The translations under genes and the position numbers were made by a program. A stretch of 64,000 bases of DNA from Octopus sinensis (Eukaryota): contig NC_042997.1 of the NCBI RefSeq assembly GCF_006345805.1, forward strand, positions 10,974,001 to 11,038,000. Direction: 5' to 3'. Positions 25,401-39,100 of this stretch are shown in pieces. Under the pieces are notes generated by a model that was not told where the DNA came from, did no database searches, and was given only the letters and a program-made list of their open reading frames with translations. Numbering within the stretch: position 1 is the stretch's first letter; every line of letters starts with the position of its first letter.

Positions 25401-28400
25401 ATAAAATTTGCTAAAATGAAAGTGATCTTAATTCAAAATTAAAGAAATAACAGCAATAGAACAAATGATGAGAAAGTTCATTATTTAGTTTAGCAATAGA
25501 TGGCGCTAAGGTATTGAGTGCAAGCACCAAATACATCAATTTGTTCTTGGTAACTCTTAATGCCGTTTGTGCTGCTGTCACATGTGGTATGTGTATCTCT
25601 CGCTCTGCGTGATTACTGTTTTAACTGTGTTTATTGTATTAGGAGAGGCTGTGTGAATCACCTAGACAACTTTTGTTATGTCTGTGGAAAATTTGCTCCG
25701 CGTGACCAGCAGAAGAACATTGCCATCAAATTAAAAACCACCCTATAAATATTATTTTGGATGTAAAATTGGGGACAAGAGGTCGGCACCATATATTTTG
25801 CACCATGTGTTACTCAGGATTTACATAGTGGCTGAATGAAAAACAGGAGGGAATGCCTTTTGTTGTACCAATGGTATGATGTCAGCCAACCAATCATGTC
25901 TTTGATTACTTTTGCATGACTAATATTAGTGGTTTCTCAAAGAAAACCAACGCAAAAATTATGTATGCAGATGGTAAGCCGGTTCTAAAACCAGTTCCAC
26001 ATGACTATCTCAGTTCTCCTCTCACATGATTCCCTTGAAGAACTTGGCATGTCACACGATGAATCCCTTAATTCTTCTATCGACAAAGCATACATAGTTG
26101 ATTCTAAGAAAAATGAGCCATGCATACTTAATCAAGAAGATTTGATCGATTTAGTAAGAGACCTAGCATTGTCAAAGGAAAAGGCAGAAGTTTTGGATCC
26201 AGACTACAGCAAGGTGTGAAAATTTCCATTTTCCGTTCTTGCCATGAAGGCTTATCTGTCTTTTTCAAGCAAGAAAATAATGCTTGTTTTTGTACTGAGG
26301 TTAATGCACTCATGCAAAACCTAGCACATGTGCATGTGGCTAATGAATGGAGATTGTTTATAGACTCAAGCCTTGATGTCTGATAGCAAATTCATTGGTA
26401 AACTGAATCCAATTGAGCTGATGGAATGGGAGTCATTTGTGTTAATTGTACAGAGCTTTTTTAGAAATCATACAGCTGAAAACTATGCTGATTTAATAAA
26501 CAACATGCTAACAGCATATGAAAGAATGGGATGCTGAATATCCCTTAAAACGCACTTCTGGCATTCTCATCTCAATATTTTTCCAATGAATCTTGGTGCC
26601 ATTAGTGATGAGCATGGTGAGAGGTTCCACCAGGACATATCTGAGATGGAAACGAGGTATCAAGGCTGGTTCAATCCACACATGATAAGTGACTACTGCT
26701 GGTTCCTACAACAGGAGACCAGCACAAAGCATAAGCACAAGAGCAAGTGTCTTGAACATTTCTCAGCTTATCAAAAATAAAGTGAGTATTCCCTTAACAT
26801 AAATATACTGTGTATCATTATATTATAATACTATTTGCCTTGAACATGAATATACTACATAGAATACTAATATACTATTATAATAATTATCTACCTTTTT
26901 TTGTTGCCCAGTGTTATTTGTTTTAAACAACAATATTTTCTGAGTATTTGACCAATTAAAGTTTATTCTGTTACAAACTATGTTTGATGATTTATATATA
27001 TACTCAAAATAAAGTTTCTAGTTTTAACATCTTTGTCTATCTTTTTTCTTCAATTTATGTACTCAGATATAGGCGCAGGAGTGGCTGTGTGGTAAGTAGC
27101 TTGCTTACCAACCACATGGTTCCGGGTTCAGTCCCACTGCGTGGCACCTTGGGCAAGTGTCTTCTGCTATAGCCCCGGGCCGACCAATGCCTTATGAGTG
27201 GATTTGGTAGACGGAAACTGAAAGAAGCCTGTCGTATATATGTATGTGTGTGTTTGTGTATCTGTGTTGTCCCCAAGCATTGCTTGTCAACCGATGCTGG
27301 TGTGTTTACGTCCCCGTCACTTAGCGGTTCGGCAAAAGAGACCGATAGAATAAGTACTGGGCTTAGAAAAGAATAAGTGCCGGGGTCGAGTTGCTCGACT
27401 AAAGGCGGTGCTCCAGCATGGCCGCAGTCAAATGACTGAAACAAGTAAAAGAGTAAAGAGAGATATAAGATATTCCTTGTTAGCAATTCAAGATAGAGAA
27501 ATGTGCAAATGTACGTTCCATCCTATGATAAATAACTTTTCAAATTATTCTGAGTTGATTCTTTTGTGCCAGAACAAAATTTACTGCAAGACTATGTTTA
27601 AAAGAAAAACTATCAAGAAGGCTGTCAGCTACATATTTTGATTAGTATGAGGAGGTACCCAAAAGTAACTGGAAACATTGTATTTCAGACTTCCACCACA
27701 AGAAACCACTTGATGTAACCCTCAGACATCAGTCTGCCAACCAGCAGTGATGAGTTAACATGTACTGCCATGTGGTGCATCATTGTTTTGCAGTGCTACT
27801 CTGTTCATCAATTTTTGCAATGAAGAAACAGTATGCTTCCATTAAATACTGTTTTCTGCTGGGGAAAATGGCAGCCGAAACAGTTGTCAAGCTTCAAACA
27901 GTTACAAGGATGCTGCCATGAGCAAAACACAAGTTTAAGAATGGTCGCTTGTCGCTTGAAGACCAACCTCATTCAGGATGACTGTTGACCTCTTGAACAA
28001 ATGAAAACATCATGAAAATTCATGAACTGATGTTGGAGGACCATTGCCGAACAACTGACAAAATTGTTGATATGATTGATGTGTTTTGGAGCTCCTACCA
28101 ACAAATTTTGAGTGAGGAATTACAAATGGAAAGAGTTGCAGCAAAATTTGTGCCTTGCTTGTTCATGGAAGATCAAAAGCAGTCACGACTGAATGCATGT
28201 CGTGAACTGAAAGAACAATTGGAAGTTGATCTAGACCTTTTTGCGAAGGACATCAATGGTGATGAAAGCTGGTGCTATGGCTATGACCTGGAAACAAAGC
28301 AGCAATCAAGTCAATGGAAGCATTCAATGTCACCATGCCCCCCAAAAGTGTGTCAAGTGAAGTTCAATGTCAAAATGATGCTGATTTGTTTCATCAATGC

Positions 28401-30154
28401 AAAAAGAACTGTCCACACAGAATTTGTTCCTCCTGGTCAAGCTGTTAACCAGACATTTTACTTAGAGTTCTGAAGTGTTTGCAAGATGCGGTGAGATGAA
28501 AACACTACAACCTGTGGAAAAGTGGAGAGTGGTGGTTTTATCACAACAATGCACCTGCAAACACTTGCCTTGAGTGTGAGGCAGTTTTTGACCAAAAATG
28601 GCATGACCCCATTTACCCATCCTCCCTATTTACTCAATCTTGCTCCCTGTGACTTTTTTTTGTCCCCCCCCCCATTCCCGAATGAAAAAAGTCCTTAAAG
28701 GAAAAAGTTTTGCCGATGTGGAAGAGGTGATGAAAAAAAATGACAGAGGTGTTAAAAGGCATCGCTTTACAAGAGTTCTTTGCAAGAGTTCCAAGACTGC
28801 TTCAAACAGCGGAAAATGTGTCAGAACTAATACATTGTTTTAAATGGAGAATACTTTGCAAGTGATAAAAGTGTAAACTTGTAAAACTAAGTGAATATTG
28901 CAAAATTTCAGTTTCTTTTGGGTACCCCTTCATATTGATAAGCACCAAGCAAAACTTCATTTTCCTATTTACTTTTTCCCTTTTTGCTTTTCTGTTCTTA
29001 AAGTACAGAACTATGTTTATTGTATATGTAAAGCTTTTCTTTTAGGATAATAGAAATTCCATTGTTTTCAAGTAAATGAAAGACTTTTAGTAAAAAGAAT
29101 AATGTTTTAAAACATTCCTATTACACATAAATCCAGAAGAGACAATAATGTTTTGAAATATCAAATGAATGACACTACTACCTTTTCCCTACTAGTTTAA
29201 ATATCAAATAAACTTTTACAAGTCAATATTATTCCCCAGTAATCCAATAATATATATAATTTGAATAACCCTAGGCTGATAGTTTAGCAGAATTATTGGG
29301 GTTGGAAAAATATTTTGCAGTATTTAGTTACAGCCTTTTACATTCTGAGTTCAAACCATACCATGGTCAAAAGTGCATTTTATCTGAGATTGATAAAATA
29401 AAGTACCAGATAAGTATTAGAAGTGATTTATATTCCTATAAAATGCCCCCAGATGTGAATGGAATTATATCAATAGACTAAATTTGAAATTTAAGTGATT
29501 TCTCTATCAAGTTACTGTATCAAAGTGGAGGGTTGGCAGAATTATTAGCATGCCAGACAAAATGCTTAGTAGCATGTCTTCTAGCTTTACACTGTTCTGA
29601 ATTTAAATTCCATGAAGGTTGATTTTGCCTTTCATCCTTTTGGGGTTGATAAAATGTTGAGCACTAGTGGGGTCAATATGTAATTGACAAACTCTTTCCC
29701 CCAAAATTTCAGGCTTTATGCTTATTGTAGTAAAGATTATGTTACTGTATTTATTGCAAAAAGAACCATTATTAAAACCATAATGTAGAAATATAAAATG
29801 TTCAACACTAAAACAAAAAAAAAAAAAGAAAGACAGAAAGTAAAGGATTCAAAGGCAAATCTGACTTTTAAGAACTTTATGAAATCTGTAAAAATTATTT
29901 ACCTCGAAAAATCAAATTAAAAGGATATCTGAAATCTTCTGACCAAATAGTTGATACATTTTTAGGCTGAAATATATATATATAAACAGCAAATTTGCTT
30001 TTATTAATGTTTCATTACTGATTCATGTTGTTAAGTTTCAAGGAGCTCACTCAACCAAATATTTGCACAGTAAACTGGAAAATAAATGAGCACCATTTTA
30101 TGCCTTACAGCTCAAATTGAACTAAAGATTTATTTTATCCATTTTTCATTTTTA

Positions 30155-30191
<37 letters not shown>

Positions 30192-33100
30192 GGTAGTGAC
30201 TGGGAGAATCTTTAGCACATCAGTCAAATGCTTAGCGGCATTTCATCCGTCCTTACATTTTGAGTTTAAATTCCAACTTTGCCTTTCATCCTTTTGGGGT
30301 CAATGAAATGAGTACCAATTACACACTGAGGTTAATGTAATCAACTAGCACCCACCCCCAAAATTTCAAGCCTTTTGCCTATAGGAGAAAGGATTATTAT
30401 CATTATTATTTACAAATAGGCACAGGAGTGGCTGTGTGGTAAGTAGCTTGCTTACCAACCACATGGTTTCGGGTTCAGTCCCACTGCGTGGCACCTTGGA
30501 CAAGTGTCTTCTACTATAGCCTCAGGCCGACCAAAGCCTTGTGAGTGGATTTGGTAGATGGAAACTGAAAGGAGCCTGTCGTATATATGTATATATATGT
30601 ATGTGTGTATGTTTGTGTGTCTGTGTTTGTCACCCCCAACATCGCTTGACAACCGATGCTGGTGTGCTTGCGTCCCCGTAACTGAGTGGTTCGGCAAAAG
30701 AGACCGATAGACTAAGTACTAGGCTTACAAAGAATAAGTCCTGGGGTCGATTTGCTCGACTAAAGATGGTGCTCCAGCATGGCCGCAGTCAAATAACTGA
30801 AACAAGTAAAAAAAAAAAATGAATATGTTATTTTACTTTACAATTTTACATGTTGTTAGAGTGTATCCTATTACAACTTTATACCCTTCCTTGCAATAAC
30901 TGATTTTCTGTGAAGTGTAACGCTAGAGTCAACAAGATGGACTGAGGAAAGCAATAACAGATTTGAACTTATGACCATGTTGTCAATCAAATTAATAATA
31001 TCATCTAATTATAAATAGTGACTAGAATAACTCGAGTGACTTAAAATGATAGAAATATTTGCTTGAAATGTTTTAATAATAAAAGGTATGTAATTAAAGC
31101 CTCTCTAAATTTAAAATATCATAATAGTTGGAAAATAAGGGAAATTACAGGGAATGAATACTATCATATTATAAACCAGCTATAAGAAAATGGGTTCACA
31201 ATGCAATTAGATGAAATGGACTGCACTGAGTAAGAACTGGAAACTTTAGATCAGAAAAGTAAACTCAATCCAAACAGCTAAATGAGACTCTGCACATTGG
31301 AACAACATGGCATGTCTATTTTCCTAAAGGAAAAGCTTTACATGGCATGTCTAATGGTTTTATATTAATAAAACCATTAAAAACAGACAACACATAAAAA
31401 AGTACACAGATGGCCAAAACAGTAAAGCTATATCTTGAATATTTAGAACAAGAAATCTTAAATTAGCTACTTGCAAAAGTGCTTCACCTGCAGAAAAGAA
31501 GCCAGTAAAAATTTTATAAAGTCTGCTCAGTGTAATAAATAGATACACAAAAGGTATAGTGGCATTAAAAGCAGGTTAACAGAAAGGGTATACTTCAGAT
31601 CTACCAGGCACACGAGGGCAGCAAGCACTTGGGATATAGATTCACTTGAATGCCTCGAAGTGGTTGATAACATTTTCTACTAAGGTGACCAAATTAGTAA
31701 TGAGTGTAGATGTTCCAAAAGAGTGGTAGCTAGAATAAGAACATGTTGGAGAAAGCTCAGAGAATTATTACCTTTGCTGGCAACAATAGGATTATCCCTC
31801 GAGATCAAAGGCAGACTATATGATGCTCCTATATGAAGTGTGCTGATGTGTGGTAGCAAGACATAGGTCTTGAGGGTGGAAGATATGCAAAGGCATGAAA
31901 AAAATGAGGCAAACATGCTTCACTGGTTGCACCATGTTAGTATGCATGAATGATAAAGTATAAATGAACTTAAGACAAACTGGGTATAAGAAGAATCAAT
32001 TGTAGTGTTCAAGAGAGGGGGCTGAATTGGTATAGGTATGTGTTACAAATGAAGGATGGCAGCTGGTGATACACAATGCTGTAGAAGACTTGCTATTCCC
32101 ATGCACCTCTTTTGTTGTGTCTATTCTGTATCACAACTCTAGAAACGATTTCATACTCAGATCAGAAAAGAGAAGTCATTTAGCATACTGTCAAATTTGA
32201 TAGTTCTGATGCTCTATTATGAGAAAAAATTAGTTATAAATTAAAAGTTATACAAAAGAGTATAGGGTCACAGCTTGCTATGTTGATGATGTCATCAGAC
32301 TTATTTATCTGTTACTGAATTTGTAAACAGATTGATAGAAAAATTTACGCACCTTCCATTTTAACTTACTGCATCCATACACTGTAAAAAACTCAGTGAG
32401 TGACAATGAACCAGTTGATAATACATTCATACTTTTAAATGTTAGGTAGACATCTTTCCGGCCTAGAAAAAAATTGGGGTACATTATAACATATATATTT
32501 TTTTTCATTTCACTATAAAATTTCAATATAAATTTACAAGCATATGTAGTCTAAATATATTAAGCAAATCTGACATGAGAATATAAATAAGTTGTATATA
32601 ACTTCAGTAACCAGTAATTTCCAAAAGCCTACATGAAATACAAACAATGAACGAAGGAGTCTATAAATGATCACTCAACCTGCTAGAAACAGAATCCAAA
32701 TCATCATTAAAGTACACCATTCCTACTAGCTTTAGCTCATCGTCCCTGTTGAATTTTGTGGTCATTCTTGCTACCTCGTCGTCAAATATTTTATAGCTTG
32801 CTGCATCATTTGCTTTCGGCCACTTAATCTTTGGCTTCTTCATGCCTATGACTTTTTTTGGCTGTTCCGATTCAACTGTGGAATGACCCTTGCTATGGTT
32901 TCTTTCCAAGAGGTTCTGGCCACACGTCTTATGGCTTTTCAACCCACGCTGTTGAATTGCTTTCCTCTGACACACCTTCCCTTGGTGAATTCTCAGCCCG
33001 ATGTAACTAGCAAACACCTTTCTGCAGCAGCTGAATTCCTCATCTACCATTCCTTTACCACTTCCTTTCTCGTAGTCCATTTCTGGTCCAAGTCCGCTCC

Positions 33101-36100
33101 TTTTTTTTTTCCATTCCTGTTTGATCCTCTGTTCTTCCCCCATGCTCAGGGATCATGGTTTATCATGCTTACTTGTTGCAATCTTTACCCCAGATTGGGC
33201 TGCAAGCCCATTTGATCCTTCATTACACTGTCATACTGTCAAGCGTCTCTCCGCTTTGTCATCCCGCTTTCTGGATTGTCAGCAAAATTATATTTTTTTT
33301 AATACTAAAAATGGAAATATATTTTACAGAATTACAATGATAGCATAAATACATACTCATTTTAGGTCTTAAGTACTGCATCATTCCTTGAAAATGTTTC
33401 AGCTGAATTGTAGCTGGATGCTGAGAAAGAAATGAAATTTCCTTTATTTTACTGATACAAATGTATAATAATGAGATGTGTATATTTAATCTACTTTTGG
33501 GGTATATTATTTCAGTCTTTCTTTTAAAATACAATTTCTAATGCTAATTTTTATATAGGCATTTTTATTATCCAATACACTCAAGATATTTTACCCATTA
33601 CACTAAAGGTGCTTTATCCAATACTCTCAAGGAACATTATCCAAAAACGCCTTAATAGGGATCTGTCTTCATGACTTTGTCAGATGAGGAAGAGTAGTCA
33701 GATGACTTTTGCAAGACCTCAGAGACTGATGGCAGAAAGAGAGGAAGAAACCACAACCGTTAGGTTGCTGTAATAGGAAACAGCACACCAGGGTACTGAG
33801 TTATTGTCAGATTTGATTGAAAGTTTTCAATAAAGTGAACTCAAATAAAGGCACCCAAGAGTCTCATACAGCAGTGTTGAAGCTGACAACATTAAATCTA
33901 CCACTTAACATTTTCCAAAGGGGCCATTCAGTGGGATTGAATCCACAATCACATAAATTACAAAGCAAACTTCTTTAACACATAGCTATGCTTTCCGTTA
34001 GAACTATACTATTACATGTGTTTTTGTGCCTGTATTTCAAAGGGCCAGCCTTGTCACACTCTGTGTCATGCTGAATCTCCCCAAGAACTATGTTAAGGGT
34101 ACACGTGTCTGTGACATCACTGGTGCCAAGCTGTATCTGCCTTTGGATAAGTGTTCTGTGTATGTGAAGTTCTTCATGCAAAGAAACAATTATTGTGAGT
34201 TATAATAAGATAGTGTTTCTAGCTTCTGGCTTTCAGTTGAAACTATACTGAGATTAACAAAAGTTAACTCAGTAAGTACAACCAATATACTGAGATTGAT
34301 TCTGTCAACTATATCTACTCATACAAAATTTAAATAGGTAGTAATAATAAACTCTGATTGCTTACTAACCCTAATTACGGTATTACTATATAGTATATAT
34401 ACACTGTTTTAGCTATGCTAATACTCTAATTAGTCAATTCTACAACATGGTTTTGGTTCTTGCTGGACCTAAGTTAATATGCAGTCAATGTACTACATGA
34501 AGACATTGTATTTCATGGTGACTCATGGACCTTTCAAGGCAATATTATAGCTTATTATATTATGTATTATTTACGTTTGCCAGAGATGGAATTGGTGAGA
34601 AGTGAAATTCTATTACCTACCTGCCTACTGACAAGCAACTGGAAGGCATAACGACAGCCAAGTCTTTTGTGAAAGAATAACTTTCTCAGTTTTTCTTTCT
34701 CTAATGAAGAAAATTTATCATACACGACAGCAAGAAGCTTTAAAAGAAGAAAAAAAACAGCCATCAATGACATATAAACAGGGAAAGCATTCTATAAAAT
34801 ATTGTTACATTTGGGGACGATCATTTGGCCAATAAACACATGCACTGTTTATCTGATCTTCACTTTAGCTTTATTATTATTATTATTATTATTGGTTTAT
34901 TTGTCAGAATTCTTTCATTACACATTCTGTGACTTCTTCAATGACTATCTACTCTTTGTAACTCCTCTTCTCTCTGGTCTTGTCCTGTCTATTCCATCTT
35001 GTCTTTTTATGGTATGTATCCCTATCCGTATATCCATTTGTGTCTGTATCTGTGTGTCTGTGTTTGTATATTACATTGCTTGTACCCATGTTTTCAGTTG
35101 TCAGGTTGTGAGATGGGGGATGTTATAATTCCATTCACATATTCTGTTGAGTTTCAGTCTATTTTATATTGTGTGTGGACTCCATAATCTGTCTGAGTGT
35201 TGTGTCTTTTCTATGTGTTGATAAGATCCTAACATCTATGTTATCTATTGAATCCCTATGTTCTAGTTTGGCACATTTGTATAGAACAGACAAGCTTTTC
35301 TTCTCATTGAGTTCCCACCAGTGTTCAGTTATGCCCTCTCTTATGCTATGGACCGTCTCTTCAATATACATCATCATCCTTTTTCTGCACCATCCTCTGT
35401 CACTTTATACTGCATTCTTAGTTTTACAGTTTATTTGTGGGTTTACTCTACACACTATACACTTCCTATCAGTGCAAGGAGTTCTTTTAAATGAATATGT
35501 TTTACAGATCAGGGATTTTATGGGAGTTCCTGGCCTTTCAACTACTTTAATTTGTGAATTCAGTTTACCTAAGAGTTTTCTAAAACGATATGCTAGTTCA
35601 CCTCCAAAGATAGCATGACACTAGTATTTTTGGCTAGGCCTTACCTATCTTCCTTTTAGTTCTTTCTATGTTATTACATGATTTATTCTTGTATAGCAGG
35701 TAAATCTCATTAGTGTCATTTTCTATGATGGTCTTGAATTTTGTCATGTTTCCTTCATACACCTTGATCCTGTCTCTTTGGCTGTATGCAGAGAACTGAA
35801 AGTAGTAAATGAAGAGCTGTATGTGTCTCTCTAATCAGGTCATACATGCAGCTTACATTTCTCATCACCCTAGTCAAGTTTGCTGTTAAGATATTGAACT
35901 TAGTATCATCCACAATTGCTGCATTCCCGTGGATCAGGTATTTGAAAGCCATAGGTTTGGTATAGTGCAAATGGAGAATTTGGACCTTGTTATTTCTAAT
36001 TTCCAATGGAAATTCAGTTTCTAAAACAGGTAGCCTGTAGTTGGAGTACTTACTATGGTAATCTGTTGTTACCTTAATATTCTGGTGGATGAAGTTAGTT

Positions 36101-39100
36101 ATTTGCTGGATGCCTTCCATGGTGCTACCTTCTAGTTCAGGTCCACAAATATTGTCTTGGAGAGATGCTTTTGCTACTATGTCCAACCTATGCTAGCATG
36201 GAAAACGGACGTTAAACGATGATGATGATGATGTTGATATCATCAATATAGCAAGAGTACATAGTTAGAGTTATAGAGCTTTCTGCTAAGCATCCTTTGA
36301 ATCTCCTATCCCACTATATCACAAAGAGGTTGGCCCCCATCTTTTTCTATGTTACATTCCTACAACTGCTTCTGTTTCTCTGAACTAGCACCCTACATAC
36401 CACATCTAGGTTCACTCTATGCATCCACCACTACTTTTCCTTGCAACTTTGCAGAGTCTGAACTAAACATTTTCTCAATCATTCCTCCTCAAAACTACAC
36501 ACCTCTGAAATTTTTTCCCTGCACATATATGTCAATAGGAGTCAACCAACTGAAGTTCAAATTAAATATTAACAGCTCTGATTTCACCAATTCAAGGTTT
36601 TCGAATGTTATGGGCAATGCCTCTCCTGTACTGAATAATCAATAAATTTTAAAATTGAACTGATTTAAATTAAACATGAAATTGCACCATGGTCCATTTA
36701 TTTTTGTTAGATACTAATGAGGGAGTTATTCAATCATTTATAATCCACCCAACAAAAATAAGCTTCATAACAAGTAAAAAGAAATCACTATTTGCAAAAA
36801 GTATCCAGTTTATGCATGTAAATTTACACAGTGCAATTACATTTATCAAGACACAAAGTTAATGTAAAACTGACCTGCTTTGGCAGACCTAATCACCTGT
36901 CACATTTCATTTGCTGACAATGATCATCATCACCACCATGAACTAAAACAGTAACTGCTAATCCTCAAACTGAATTCATATATTAGAGTAATTTCTTTGT
37001 ACTTAAAATTAACCCATTAGAGCCCTTTTTTTTTATTTAATTTATTACCAAAAATCTTTTTTTATACAACATTTTATTACAATATTTGAAAGACACTCCA
37101 GTCTTGATGACTAACTAAAGATACCTCAGAAAAATACAGGTGTTGCAGAAATATGATGGATTATCCTTCTCGTCCTAAAAAAAGGACCATGAGTTAAGTC
37201 ATATTCTGAATGTCACTCTTATCAGTTTTCAAAGTAAATCATTTCACCATTCCTGTTATTGGTGTCACTCATTTATGTCACGTTTATCTAAATTTCAGCC
37301 ATTTGTTATCCTATTTGTGACAATGTTACTAAAAATTAGTTAGATTTTTTTTCTTTTTATCTATCTTCTAACAGCAATACATATTAAAATACACTTACCA
37401 AGTTCATGAGGAAAAATAATTCAAGACTGAGGTAGATTATAAAGAATGCAACATAAAAACGTGATTCGTTATAAGCAGGCATCATAACATCAGGATAGCT
37501 AGTTGTGAAAACAAGACAGACAAAAAACATCATTAACAGTTATGCATTACGGCTGTTAAAAATAGCATTATTAGGTTGGTGCATAATTATTGCGGCTTTT
37601 TTTCAATAAATTTTATTCAACAAAAGCAAAAACAACATTTAACAAAAACATCTTTAAATGATTATTCCAACTGGCTGCCAAGCAAATGGGAAGCAGTAAT
37701 TGGAGTAGATGGTGCATATGCTCCAGAATAATCATCTAAAGATGTTTTTGTTAAATGTCATTGTTTTTGTTGAATAAAATTTATTGAAAAAAAGCTGCAA
37801 TAATTATGCACCAACCTAATAAATAAAAACAAACAGCATTTTATATTTATTTATTATAGTTGTGATAAAAATCACATTCAAACATTACCAGATACAATAC
37901 CCAGGATCTTCTTATATCCCATGTGGCTATAGGTTTGCATCTGGAAAGTTCCTCTCCAAGGTACAGATCAGGTCAAGGGTGCACTAACAGTTGCCCATGC
38001 ATGCAACCTCACCCATGCTACCAATGTTGTCCACAGTAAAAGTATGACTGATACAAATTTGGCACTAATGTCATTGTAGGAGTCGCTGTCAGAACACAAA
38101 GAGCCAAAACAGATTTGACAAAATATCAAAGTATCCCATTTGATGTTGCTGTTCAAACAATTCTACTAATCTGCCACTCTGAACTAGAACTTTATTGATA
38201 TCAAAAATACAAAAGGAAAGGTTGACCTCAGCAAGATTTGAACTCAGACTGTAGAGATTCAAAACAAATACTCCAAGATATTTTATTTTCTCTGTAGCTG
38301 CAACAATTCTACTACTTCACCATTACATATATGAGGATAAACTTGTTAACAGATGAGTAACTTCTGTAAAAACTCACCCAATCTATTGCAAAAATATATG
38401 TCATACAACATAAGTTTAGCTACAACAAGCTAAAGAATATAACATGTAGCAATATATGACTTTATTCTAAATGGCTAAGTTCACCTAAGTGCTGTCAGAG
38501 AACAGGTCGCAGTCTCAAAGCGACAAAAATATTTTGACAAATTAAATTTAAATGTTGAAGTGAATCTAACGGTTTTTGTGTGTTTCTTAAATGGCTTATA
38601 AACACCTTCCATGCTGCAATTGTTTTTGTTCCAGCACACAATCTCAGATCAGGTCACTTGCTATGCAAGTACATCTCCGTAATATTTAATCTAACACTTC
38701 AGAAACTAGCTTCTATTTCTGTTCCAGTTATTTAAAGTATGTGAAATGAATCAATATATGTAGACATGCACACACACACACACACAATAGACATTGCATT
38801 ACTTTTTACTTTGAGTGTTCAAGTTTTTTAAGCATGAACAACATATTCATTGTATTATTTAAGCATCTATAATACAATAAGAAATATTCTTTAAATTACA
38901 GGTACAATACTTTGCCCACTACTTTCATACAGTCCAACTGACAGGATTCCACACAGTTTCTGTCTACCCAATTCCACTTAGAAACTAATAAACTACGTTC
39001 ACAGGTATTGGGATGTTGTCCCCACACAAGTCTTAGTCATTTTTCATGTTGGATTCAGCAAGGCAGCCTTTTTCATGGACTCTAATGATTATGCCTTTTG

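Noticed and set aside
27072-27145. tRNA gene
   Set aside because: A and B boxes are present but continue into a multi-copy SINE body; no convincing cloverleaf
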